The notes under the pieces are model-generated. The model made no database searches, was not told the DNA's origin, and saw nothing but the letters and a program-made list of their open reading frames with translations. A stretch of 63,953 bases of DNA, counting the filler, from Conidiobolus incongruus B7586 (Eukaryota), in the NCBI GenBank assembly GCA_000697335.1. It is 22 parts of 22 records of this genome, joined end to end, with 100 filler letters (N's around TTAATTAATTAA, not from the genome) between each part and the next. Parts side by side here need not be neighbours in the genome. Positions count along the whole stretch, not along the records: positions 1 to 5,217 come from JNEM01005220.1; positions 5,318 to 6,373 come from JNEM01005229.1; positions 6,474 to 8,854 come from JNEM01005231.1; positions 8,955 to 11,464 come from JNEM01005232.1; positions 11,565 to 14,731 come from JNEM01005233.1; 17 more parts are not named here. One strand, written 5' to 3'. Position numbers and translations under genes: made by a program. Numbering within the stretch: position 1 is the first letter of the stretch; the number at the start of each line of letters is the position of its first letter. Shown here one piece after another: positions 1 to 13,136 of the stretch.

Positions 1-1230
1 AAAGAAAGGTAGAATTTTTAATTTTTAATCTTTCAAACTTATTATGAGCACCAAATATAAAAATCTATAAAATCAAAAAGAAAAATATATAGTTTTGAAA
101 TATATATATAAATATATTAATTTTATTATTTTTTGATTAATTTAATTATAATTGAACAAAATAATGATTATCAAAATTCTTTTATTTAATATCACTAAAC
201 AAAATCCAAAAACTCACTATAATTATTTAAAATTTAAAATTTTTGATAATATAGTAGTATCTAAATCTAAATTTAAATGCTACTCAAATTCCTTTATTTT
301 TATTACAGAAACTATTGCAATTTGCTAAATTCCAGAAAATCAATTTTAACTCTCCTTTTTTTAATTTAAATGAAATAAAAATGTATTTCAAAAAGCACAC
401 TGTGATTTCAGCAAAAGAATTATCAAAACAATATAAAATAATTTCAATAAGTTATAAATAAATATTATAATTAAAATTATAACATAATAATAAAACTGTT
501 AAATAGGTACCATATATAATTTAACCTAAACTCAACACAAACCTAGAATAGTTATTGTTAAACAAAACTTACTTAGTTTTAGCTAGAAACCAAGGTTTTA
601 ATAATAAATTGATAAAATATATTAATCTTAAGCCTTTTATATTTTCCTTTACTAAAACATGAATCAAGATCATAGATTAAGCTAAATCAACTCTATCTCT
701 GCATTACATTAAATAAACATTAAATAAGAAGTAAATGCTAATTATTTCAATAAATTAAAATATTATATGCTATTCTGATTAAATTTTCAAAGCAAAAATA
801 ATTAATAACATATTTTAACTTGAATTATTGAATAAAATTATTTGTTATTGATATTATTAATATGATTTAATAAAACCTATTTTTTTACATAATAATTGCA
901 AAATAATAGTTATGGTTATAAAAAACTTTGAATAAAAATAATTGAACAGAACTACTATTTCTAGTATATTCCTTAGATTAAAACTATTTGATTATTTTTG
1001 TTTTGATTAAAAATCTAACTTTTAAATAAAAAGATTTTTTCATGCAAAATAAATTTGTTTATGAAATATAAAATTTTTATCCTTAATAAAAGGAAATATT
1101 TTTTATATATTAGGACCTCAACAAAAGCATAGCAAAAAGTTATTAGAAGTAAAGGATATTATAAATTTTATATTTTATATTTTTCTTATTTATTAATTAA
1201 TTAAATATTTTAATTTAATTTCAAATTCAA
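1..1230 (+). mobile_element. Degenerate mariner (DD34D) copy, subfamily b
   Basis: Aligns by eye with the full copy at 61178-62495. 'aaataggtaccatatataatttaacc' at ~501 is the KWVPHNLT relic; 'cataataattgcaaaata' is the HDNCK relic; 'tattccttagattaaaactatttgat' is the YSPDYNPCD relic. Boundaries approximate. Confidence 0.8.
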
Positions 1231-4200
1231 CTAAAATCAAAAATAATGTATTATTATAAAGTTTATAAAATTATGAAAATATTAAATATAAAATACTTGC
1301 ATCATACTTCTATTTTTAACTGAAATATTTATATATTTACAATATATTAAAAAAAAATAAATAAAAACTTTATTTAAATTATTAATATAAATTATCTCAA
1401 AATTTTAATCAAAATGCATTAAATAATATTAGTCATATTTGATATAAATTGATAATTAATTTGGTATTATATAAATAAAAATTAATAAAAAAATTCATTC
1501 AGTTTGTACCATAACTTTATAACCAAAAAAAATTTTTAATATTTATATATATTTTCAAATTTTGATAAGTTAAATATAAATTAATATATTTCAATTTATT
1601 ATAATTATATTTAGATAGTAATCTATATATAAAAAAATATAAATTTAATTGATTCCAATTTGATTAAGTTATTATTACTAATATAAAATATAAATAAAAT
1701 AATAATATTGATAGAAAATATATATAAGGAAAATATATATTTAATATTTTGATAAAACTAAACTATAATTATTATCAATTTATAATTGGGGTGAAATTAA
1801 TTAGTAAAATATTTAAATACTTTTATTAAGAGATTATTTTATATAATAATTGACTATTAATATATATAATATTCTAACAATCAAATTAAAATTATCAAGA
1901 TAAATTAATCAATAAATTAAAAAACAATTACAATCAATTATATTGAATTAAATTTATTAATATTATAATAATTGATATTGATTATGTTAAATATTAAAAT
2001 AATTTAAATTAGATTTAATTAATTATTGTGAGATATATCCAATTTAAAAATATATATATTAAAAGTTATAAATTAGCAACTTTTAATATTGATTGTAAAA
2101 ATTATTATTAAAATAGCTATTTTTTCCTTTCTATTTTCCTTATATTGATAAAATATAGAGTTAATTAGTATTATATACTAGTTAAAATTGATAATTTTTG
2201 TGTTATATGAAAATATAATTAAATTTTATTTAAATATTTCATAATAAGAAAAGTTTTAAATTTTCTTTTTATTTGGTTTAAATGAAATTTTATTAATTTC
2301 AAAAAATTAGGAATTATATTTTAAAAAAATAATCTGTTATTTTTAAGCCATTTATTATTGGAAATTTTGTTATTACAATTGATATTAATTATTCTGACAA
2401 ATATTATCAATTTTTATATTTTATTTTATTTAATATTTTTTTTGCAAATTAATTATTAGGACTTTTTGATATTTCTTACTAGTGATTCATTTATTAACCA
2501 TATAATAATATCATACCCATTAAAATAATATATATCATTAAGGTATAATTAAACAATAATTATTTATTCAAGCTATAAAAACATAATAATCGTAAATTAG
2601 CTTTTGAATATTATCAAAATATTAACTATGTTTATTATATTCAATGTTACAAGTGTTCCAATAATATAGTATATTTATTTATTTTTATAATTTTAACTTC
2701 AAAAATTTTATTTAAATTTTTCATTATTTTGAATTTAAAATAACTTTTTTAATTAATATTTTTAATTGATATAATATAAACAATATTAATTTAAATTAAA
2801 GAATATAATGTAGTATTAATATTATTTGATATTTTGTTTTTATTATGTAATTCTAATATTGTTTTAAAAATAATTTTTACTTTCGTAAATTGAAAAATTT
2901 ATTAATCTCAATTTGTTATCAATGATTTTCTTGTTTAAATATTCAAGTTTAAGTTTAAAATTCTTTTGAATAAGGTTCTGGATAATATTAATCTAAATAG
3001 ACTAGATAATATAGATAATTGTAATAATAATATAATTACAAAAAATAATATTATAAATTTATATTATATATAAATTAAAATTCGGTAAAATAATTTGATA
3101 AATGAAATTTATATTTTATAGAATTATTATAAAAATGATAAAATATATTTAATATAATAATATAAAGGATATATTAATAAGATTATTTATGTCAATATTT
3201 ATATTTTTTAATTTCATAAATTTATAATATATTTTCTACAATTTTTAGATTTATATCAATTAGCTAATTATTAATTAAATATATTAAAATTTGAATAAAT
3301 ATATTCAAATAATAGGTATATATCTTATATATTTGTTTAGGTTAATCATTTAACTATTTTTATTATTCAAATATAATTAATTAGCTTATTTCAAATCCTT
3401 AATTTGATTGTAAAAGTTGTTTTGTATTATTTTTAAATATATATCTTAATTATTAATTGAATATCATAATTTAGTTCAAAATATATAAACAGGTGAACAA
3501 AAAAAATAAATATATGCAGTTATAAAAAAAATTGGTAATAAAAATAGTATAATAAAATAATAGTTTTTATCATATTTTAAATTTTAATAATGAATGAATA
3601 TAAAAAACTAAAAAAATATTTTTAATATTTTTTATATTTTTGTTATCAGAATTATAATATTTTAATTATTACCTAAATATCAAATGAAGTTTAAAGTTTT
3701 ATAAAATATCTATAACTAATTCTATAAACATATTTAAGAAATTTAAAACAAGATTAATTATATAACATATAAAATATAATATATGTAATCTATAATTTTG
3801 CAAATTCAAATGAAAATCAAATTATTAAGTTGTCTTTTTCTGATTAAATTTTAAAACTGTAAATACATATTTAATGTAAATTCTCTTTAATTACTACATT
3901 GGTTCGAAATTAAATCAAATCAACCAAATTTATTAGATATATATATATAATTATTTATTTTATATTTTGAATTATATTTATTTATACTAGATTTACAAAG
4001 TGATCAAATAATTATAAAAATATTAAACAATTTTGATCAAATTTTATTAAAAAATTAAATCAATTAAAATTTAAATAAAGTTGACATAAAGATAAATAAA
4101 AACTTTATTAAAGTATAATATCTTTTTGGTTTTAAATATTTACAATAAAATTAATAAAAATTATAAATTTTTGATTGATATAATCAAAATATAACAATTT

Positions 4201-5217
4201 TATTTTGATTTTATAATAATAATAATTAATAATGAATTTGAAAAATTATATTTGATTATATGATATCAAAGGATATTATTTGTTATTCAGATATGTTATC
4301 TAAAAATTTAAAAATAATTTAAAATACATAATTTTAATAAATATCAAAAAAAAATAGAAAACAAAATATTGAAACAAAATAATATATAAATATAAAATAC
4401 TAATTTTAAATAAATTTAATTTGTAAATTTAAATAATTATATAAACTGAATCTTAATAAAAAAAGAGTTTATATTTTTTTATTTCCAACATAAATGATTA
4501 TTCATATATTGATAATTTGTTTATTTTTCAATCAATGATATAAATAATATAAATGATATATTTTAAATATTTTAACTTTATAGATTATATATCAAATTAT
4601 TAAAAATTAATATTAATTTTAATGATAAATTATTTTAATTTTAAATATCGAAAATTAGTAAATTAATTTATTAATATATAATATTTCATTATATTATTTA
4701 TATTTTTTGATATTAAGAATTTCTTTAAAATTTTTCATTAATAAGTAAATAGTTGTATAATATGATAATTAAGATAAATATTAATTTAATAGTTTTAATT
4801 ATTACTATTTTATTCAAATTAATTTGATTATTTTTAATTCCTATTGTTATTAATATATTATTTATTCAATATAGATTAATATTTTTAAAAAAATAAAAAT
4901 TAAAGTTTATTAAATTAAATATTTTAAATATATTTAATTAATATTGACATTGAATATTTATTTTTTCAAATTAATTATTTAATTAATTTTTCCAAATCCA
5001 ATAATAATTATTCATTATATTTTATTTTTAAATAAAGTTTGACTCTAAATTCATTCGAAATAATCAAAGTTTAAAAATAATTCTATATAAAATATAGTTG
5101 ATTATACAAATTTTTAATTTTTGGGTATAATAATATAATGATAAAAACAAATTTTATCATATATTTTAAGTCCTAATTTTAATCTTTATTCTTATTTCCT
5201 TGAATATCAACAAAAAT

Positions 5218-5317
5218 NNNNNNNNNNNNNNNNNNNNNNNNNNNNNNNNNNNNNNNNNNNNTTAATTAATTAANNNNNNNNNNNNNNNNNNNNNNNNNNN
5301 NNNNNNNNNNNNNNNNN
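5218..5317. other. Artificial contig linker N44-TTAATTAATTAA-N44 (first of 21)
   Basis: Identical 100-nt spacer with stops in all six frames, starting at 5218, 6374, 8855, 11465, 14732, 19624, 21020, 23998, 27081, 29933, 31315, 35602, 36901, 38507, 39705, 46575, 51770, 52906, 59629, 60925 and 62733. Confidence 0.98.
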
Positions 5318-5483
5318 TAAAAAATTTTAGTCCTTTATAAAAAATATTAATTGAATATTAAATGCATATTAAAAGTATAACAAAGAGTACTAATTTTATA
5401 TTATTTATTTATTTTAAAATATTATGAATTAAAAATTCTATTTAATATAAAGATTTTGCCATTATTGAATTATTAAAATAATA
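5318..5483 (+). mobile_element. Mariner 3' end fragment
   Basis: 'aattttagtcctttataaaaaa' matches the transposase C-terminus of other copies ('aatttcagtccttaataaaaag'). Ends in 'ttttgccattattgaattattaaaataata', resembling the right TIR. Confidence 0.5.
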
Positions 5484-6473
5484 AAGATAATTAATATAAA
5501 ATACAATATATATATATATATAATTAAAAGGTATTGAATAAATTAATTCATTTTAATATTATAATTTACTATATATATGTCTTAAAATAATAATTTAAAC
5601 ATTTATTATTTTATTATATATAGTTAATTTATAAATAAAATTCATATTAATATGAATAAAAAACAAAGGCATATATTATGAGTATATATGCTAGATTCAG
5701 TATTAAACCTATTAAAACAAATATATTTAAATATTTTGCTAAAACTGATAATAATTTATAATATTATATTATTTTGTTATATGATTGATAAAATATTATA
5801 TAACTACAAATTTTATATTACAAATATTTTTAAGTTTATTATTATGATTTCATTCAATCACAGCAATTATTTCAATTTTTCACTTATTTAACTAATCAAA
5901 TACAATTAATTTGAAATCATCATATATAAGAAACCATATAAATATTATTGACCAATAAAAACTTGTTTTATAATTTATCACTATAAATATAATTAGAATT
6001 TTTCGCGATCGTTTTATTTAATAACATAATTTAATTTATCATTAATAAAATGTGATTTAAAATCGCAAATTTAATCCTGATTAGTGGAAATAATAACTTT
6101 AATCAGTTTATAATAATACTAAAAATTATTAATAACTATAGTATATATATTATAAATTAAGTCAAAGATGAATAAATTAATATTTTACAAATGTTGACCA
6201 AATTAATGATTGAAACCAGTAAAGAATAATATACATTTTACACTAAATTTTATAATCAATGAATTTAGAGTGATAATAATAGTAAATTAAAATTGAGTTT
6301 TTTCTAATGATATAAAAGTTAAAATTAAATTGATTTATTGAAAAACATATAAGATATTTTTTACAATAATTTGNNNNNNNNNNNNNNNNNNNNNNNNNNN
6401 NNNNNNNNNNNNNNNNNTTAATTAATTAANNNNNNNNNNNNNNNNNNNNNNNNNNNNNNNNNNNNNNNNNNNN

Positions 6474-7205
6474 AAATATTATTTATATATATATATATTA
6501 AAATTTAAATTTTAAATCAAAATTAAATAATAATAATATTAAATAAATAATTTATAATTTAATTAAACCTCAAAAAAAACTAGAATAACGATTATTAAAT
6601 AAAACTTACTATAGTATAACTAGAAACCAAAGCTTTTTAAATAGATAATTATAATTGATAAATTATACATTCATTTATATAATCCTTACTTAAAACAAAA
6701 ATCAAGATAATTGATTAAACTAAATTAACCTTATTTAAAAATTCTTTTAAATTAGAATTTATTGATAAATAAAGGTCAATTATTATAATAAATTATAATA
6801 ATATATTATTATTTCTATTTAGTTTTTCATATAAAATAAATCAATAATAAACTTTATATTTTTTTTAAATAAAGTTATAACTAATTGGTATTCTTAATAT
6901 AATTTAAAAAACCTATATTTTTTATGATAATTATAAAATATATAAGGCTAAAGTTATAAATAACTTTGAAATCAAAAATAGCTAGAAAAAACTATCATAT
7001 CTAATATACTCCTTAGATTATTACCCATGAGATTATAATTATTTTAGGTATTTAAAAAACTAGATTCAAAAAAGAAAATTCTTGCAAAAAAATTTAATTA
7101 ATTTATATATTATTAAATTTTAGTCCTTAATAAAATAAACTATTTTTTAAATATCTAAGCTTTATTAAAATATAATAAAAAATTATTAATTTAATATTAT
7201 ATATT
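6474..7205 (+). mobile_element. Degenerate mariner copy (subfamily b), interrupted by Tc1; 3' remainder at 8786-8854
   Basis: In-frame GAT-(34 codons)-GAT from 'tatgataattataaa' (~6923) to 'ccatgagat' (~7033), i.e. D34D. Colinear with 60141-60924. Confidence 0.85.
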
Positions 7206-8783
7206 GTAATTTGTAAGAATAAATTATAAAATAAAAAATACTTATATATTTACCTATAACTTAAACAATTATTAACTAAATTAATTTATATTAAAATATA
7301 TAATTAGGGTATATTACCTGATTATAATAGGTTATATTTAATTATATTTAATATATTATTGGTTATTATATTAAATTTTAAATTTTAAATAGGTTGAGTT
7401 ATAAATTTGCATGTTTAGGAGTTAAAGAGATATATAAAACAAAAATTACTTAAATTTTTTTTTCTTTTATTAAATTATATATATATATATATTAATATTA
7501 TTATTATAAACTATTAATTTAAATAATATTAGTATTAAAGTACCTAAATCCCTTTCTAAAAAGATTCACTTATATATTAATCAATTTTATAGTGAAGGTA
7601 GATTATTTTGTAAGATTACTGGAATTATTAATGTCAGCTAATTTATTATAACTAAGGCTATTAAAAATTATAATAAAGATATATTTAAATTTAAACTTAG
7701 ATGTGTTAAAATTATAGATAAATATGATGAAAAGTATATTTATAGGTTAGTTAGTATAAGTAAATATAATATTGCTATAGAAGTACAGAAAAATTATAAA
7801 ACTATATAAGAATATTAATTAATACTAATACTATTATATATATTTTAAATTATAATTGATATTTTTTGTATCTTAAGAAAAAACACCATTAACTAAAAAA
7901 GTCCCATTGTAGAGTTAAATGGGAGTTTAAATGTCATCACTAAGGTTAAATTAAAACTAATTAGAGTAAGGTTATTTAGTTTGATAAAATAAAAATATAC
8001 CTTAATAAATCTAATAAAAAGGTTAGATATTTTAAAAAAGATAAAAAATTACTTTGTGATCATCATGTTATTGTAACCAAAAAATATAATAATAGGTTAA
8101 TTATAGTTTAGGGATACATATTATCTTCTAGTGTAGGATATCTTTATAAAGTTGATAGGGGAATTAATGCTAAGATATACTAAAATATTATAAATAATAA
8201 ATTAAAAAAACTATTGAATAATTTAGATTAAATAAATCAGATGTTATTTTCCAACATGATAATACCCTTTGCTATACTATTATTCTTATTACCAAATAAT
8301 TTAAAAATAATAAAATAACAAATATAAAATAACCTCTTCAATCCTTTAACTTTGATTTAATTGAATATTTTTAAAATTAGTTGAAAAAATAGATAAAGCT
8401 TTTTTATTAGCAAAAAATTTAAATAAGCTTTAGGAATATATTTAAGAAGCTTAGAACAAAATTAATCCTTCCTAATATATAAAGTTAGTTGACTTTATAC
8501 CCTATAAATTTAAGGAAGTTAAGAAAGCAAAAGGTAAATATACTAAGTTTTAATTTTCTTTCTATAACTAAAATACACAAATTTATTAATTATCTTAAAT
8601 AAAATTTAAATTTTAATATATCAATTAAAAATTAATATTATTAGATCAAATATACTTAATTATAAACTAATAATATAAGTTTATTATATGTTTTAATTTA
8701 AATTAGTTTGATTAAGAATTAACAGAGTTATTGATAATAATATAAATATAATCATAATTTTATAACTCATTTTTGCAGGCTAG
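7206..8783 (+). mobile_element. Full-length degenerate Tc1 (DD34E) transposon
   Basis: Relic ORF ~7540-8553 with 'tagtttgataaaata' (WSDET), 'ttccaacatgataat' (FQQDN), E 34 codons later ('ttaattgaatat') and 'gcaaaaggtaaatatactaagttttaa' (AKGGHTKF*). Right TIR 'actcatttttgcaggctag' followed by TA. Confidence 0.92.
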
Positions 8784-8954
8784 TATATTTATTTTTACTA
8801 TTATTATACAAAATATTTATATTTTTTGATCAAAAAAATTCCCTATAATATAAANNNNNNNNNNNNNNNNNNNNNNNNNNNNNNNNNNNNNNNNNNNNTT
8901 AATTAATTAANNNNNNNNNNNNNNNNNNNNNNNNNNNNNNNNNNNNNNNNNNNN

Positions 8955-11464
8955 ATATATTACAGAGAATTTTTAAATAACTTTAAATATTATATAATTT
9001 TTTAATTTTATTATAAGTTAAATTTAGTAAGTGAGTTAATATATTTAATATTAGATTAGAATTTAATAACATCTAAAGATAAGATATTTTAAAGTTTTAA
9101 AATAATTATTATATTAGGATATTTACTATCATTAATAAAATAAAGGGTAAAACCAGTTGATTTATTAATAAAATTATTGAATAAATATTAGAGTAAATAG
9201 ATATAAATATCTTAATTTAACTGATTAGTGTTAATATAAGCTTTAATTATTTATTTTAAGGTTTTGATGATTTTTTCAATAAGTTTATAAATTTAATAAT
9301 AATTAGTAATAAATATAGTTAGATTAATCTTAAGGGAAAAGGATAATAACTTCTAAAATTAAATGTTAAATCATATATCTTTATTTAATATAATAGTTTG
9401 TGGAATTTTATAATAGGTAATGATATTAAAGAATTATAATTAGACAATATTTTTACCTATAGAAGTTTTAAAACAAAAAATAAAATAAGTATATTTAAAG
9501 AATAAATTAATAACAATTAATTAATTATTATAATTATTTATTAACTTAAAAATTTCTATGAAATTAAGTTGGATTTATTTTAAAATTTTATTAAAAACTT
9601 GTAGAAAGATAAGTTTATCATATTTTAATTAGGTATTATGTTTAATTTTTTAACCTATATTATTGGTATTAATATATCTCTAAAATAATTTAACTAGGGA
9701 AAATTAAAAATATTTTATTTTAATTTTTTTAATAATTCTTAACTAATTTGAAATTTTGAAATAAATAAATTATAATATTCATTAAATATTATTTGTTAAA
9801 TCTTAGAAATATTGAGAATATATAGGCAATTATTATAATATAGTAAGTTATTAATAATTTGAAATTTTTTGACATACTTTGATTAATTTTTTATTAGTTT
9901 AAAAGGTTCTTCTGTAATTAAAATAAAGAGATTGTTATTTAGTAATATACTTTAAAATAATTTAATAATTTTTTATTTCTTTTATTAATAATCTTTAAGT
10001 TAATATTTGCTAGGTTTTTATAATTAAAATAAAAGGATAGGTATATAAAATTTCTTAATAAAGTATCTATAATATAATTTTATTAATTTAAAATATATGA
10101 AATAAAAAAAAGTAAGCTTAAATAGTTTTAATCTATTTAACTTATCTTCTTAATAAATACTTTTAGGTATTTAGGTAAATAAATAATGTGTGATTTAAAA
10201 AAATTAAAAAAATATTATAAAATAAAAAATATAAATGATTTTTAATTATTTCTAACAAAGCAAAAAGTTTTTATTTATAAACTAGGTATTTTAATTTAGC
10301 TAGTTTTATTTTTCTTAACTAAAATATTATTAACTTTTAAGTAATATTTATAAAGCCAAACTTAACTTATTCTCCCTTATTTATTATTTTATTTTATAGT
10401 TTAAAGATAAAATATAAATTAAATTCAAACTAAACTAACTATCTACTAATTATAAAAAAATTAAAATTAATGAAAATAATAATAGGTAGTTTTAAATTAA
10501 AAATATATAAAGTAAAAATATTAGTGATATAGAAAATTAAAACATTTATACAAAAAATATATAATAGGGTTTATTCAAAAAGAGAGTTTTTTCTTAAAAG
10601 ATTAATTAAAAGGGTTTTAAGTTTAATAAAAGAATCAATGAAATCTTTAAAATAGTCTAATAATCTAAATATAAATATAAGTTAATTTTTATTTATAAAT
10701 ATAATTAAAACTCCTATATTATTTAATTTAGTTAAATTAATATTGATTCTCTAAGAAAAAACAATATAAGAATAAAAAAAGATAAAAAAACATTAAAAAT
10801 ATATGTTAATAATCTGAAAGGTAATTTATATTCTTAAAAAATTTATAAACCTTAATTAACATATTAAATATATTCTTTTTTAATTATTAAATAGATTAAA
10901 ATATTATCAAGATAAATAATAATAAAGTTATTAAAAATAAGATTAAAAAGGGAATTGATGAACTAAGTAAAAATTATAAAAATATTATATAATTTAAAAT
11001 TTATAATAATAAATTCAGAGTAATTTAAAAAAATATTGATAATAATTAAAGAAATAATTTTTTTAACTTTAATATTATAATATCTATTTCTAACATTTAA
11101 TTTAATATATTTATTTTCAAGTAATTTTTAAATTTCTTCTTTTAAAATTTAGTATTATTTAAGAGATAAATGGTAAATAAGTTTTAAATATAGTTATATA
11201 TTAAAAGGAAGTTTAATTTTATATTTAACATTATATTTAAAATACAATTTACTTATAAATTCAAAAATATTAACAAAATAACTTATTATATTATATAAAA
11301 GATAGTTATTAAATAGAACTTTATTAAAATAATAGATGAATTATTAATAAATAAATAATAAATAGATATATACCTTTATAAATTATTTAAGTTTTTAATT
11401 AACTTTTTATATTAATTTTTACTTATAATAATAAAATTATTTATTATAATTATAAAGTTAATAT
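8955..11464 (+). mobile_element. Degenerate probable MULE (Mutator-like) element, central/3' part
   Basis: 8960-9050 overlaps the reverse complement of 38607-38700. 'actatcattaataaaataaagggt' back-mutates to TTTNRIEG (MULE third catalytic E motif). 10740-11460 is duplicated at 52020-52900. Confidence 0.55.
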
Positions 11465-12089
11465 NNNNNNNNNNNNNNNNNNNNNNNNNNNNNNNNNNNN
11501 NNNNNNNNTTAATTAATTAANNNNNNNNNNNNNNNNNNNNNNNNNNNNNNNNNNNNNNNNNNNNTAACTTATATTATTTATATTAAATACAAATTAATGA
11601 ATAATATTATATAAAATATAATATATTTTTTATATATAAAAATATAATAATTTTTTTTTAAATTTTGGACTAATTATTATTGATCTTTAAATATAAAAAA
11701 TTCATTTAATCTAAAATATTTAATTCATTTTAATTACTTTAATATTAAATATTTATAATATTTAGATATGTACAGTATCTATTAATTATCAAATAATATA
11801 AAATTTATTTATATAATCAATTTAATCATAATTCTTAATTAAGTTGGATATTAGACCACTGTTATATTTCATGTTACAAGCTTGATAATAATGAATTTAA
11901 ATCAAAAATTGATATAATTGTAAGAATGGTAATTTAATATTAAGTAATTACGTAAATTCAAACAGTTAGGTATAACTGGAAATAGTTCTATAATAGTAGT
12001 GAATAATAGGTTTGATAAAATTAACGATTAACATAAGCATTATAATTAATATGAGTACAGTAAGGTGTGTGATTCAATATGAATGAAAT

Positions 12090-13136
12090 TATATAGATAA
12101 TTGGTTAAATTGAATTACATAATAGGGTAGATGGGATTACTTGAGACTATATAATTGGAGGTAGAGATATAGTGAAAATTGTGCGATATGAAAAGGAAGC
12201 TAAGCTGTTGGGTAAAGAGATGACAGATGGGGATTAGTGGGTGGATAGGGAAATGATGGAGGAGTTGACGATAGTTCAGGCTTGGTTATTAGATATGGAA
12301 TAATACAAGGGAACTTGAATATTGAAGTGATGGTACAAGAAGTTGAGGGTGATAGTTGAGGTTCAGTTGAGGTTGGAGGGAGCTTAGTGGTTCGAGGAAG
12401 GTTAGAGATTGGAGAAAGAGATAATTGTGTTGGTTCAGTCGTTGAATATGGAGTCGGAGGAGGCTGTTGTTGGGTAAGGAGTTAGTAATGTTGGCTCATT
12501 GATGCATATTGGTATATTTGTAGGATGATATTCACATAGTAAAGTCACAGTTACTGTATCAGTGTACCCAATGGTCTGTGATACAGTTGCTGTTTATTTT
12601 TCAGAATTAAGTAATGATGCTACTGGTACTGGATATCTGGAATATCCTTTACTGACCCTTGTTGTTTTGATAGGACAAGTTAATCTATTGGTACCAAAAT
12701 CCTTGCAAGTTGATTTGTCACTTTGGAACTAGATTCAGGTTTGGAAGGTTGCAATTTATTGGATGAAAATTCACTAAAAGCAGTTGAATAGGTAGATTAA
12801 GTTATAGCACCTAATGTTTTGATCGAATATGCATCATCGGATGTACTAACTCTTGAGCTAACAAAACCTACTTCTCTACAGCTAGATCTAACAGATGTAG
12901 TATATTTTGCACTGGAAAAAGTAGATTGTTCAGATGTAATTAAGCCTGTAATGGAAGCGGCGATTTTACAAGTGGTGGCTACTGATGTTTTAACTGGATG
13001 AGTTGGACCCGAAGTAGCTGCTCCTGACTCTATAATTAGTCCACCAGAAATAGTAATTGAGTGAAAATATTGAATGTCTATTGCCGGACACAAATGCAAC
13101 CAACGTGGCTGCGAATAGTGCGTTTTTGACCAATTT
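12090..13136 (-). pseudogene. Decayed secreted Ser/Thr/Pro-rich (mucin-like) protein gene
   Basis: GC-richer island. The minus strand gives signal-peptide-like KLVKNALFAATLVAFVSG with no ATG, then S/T/P-rich blocks (TATVSQTIGYTDTVTVT; QPPPTPYSTTEPTQLSLSP) split by frameshifts and in-frame TAA/TAG. Confidence 0.6.

Noticed and set aside
1230..5217. Organellar DNA or centromere suggested by extreme AT content
   Set aside because: No tRNA, rRNA, mitochondrial genes or satellite units seen; more likely old eroded repeats that I cannot classify.
5688..5891. I/L/N/Y-rich short ORFs (also 45327-45512 and 56148-56330)
   Set aside because: Composition expected from random very AT-rich DNA; no motifs.
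7540..8553. Alternative genetic code (TAA/TAG read as Gln/Trp) to explain in-frame stops in transposases
   Set aside because: Stops differ between copies at the same codon (CAG/CAA/TAA, TGG/TAG/TAA), and host genes end in standard TAA/TGA with no internal stops.
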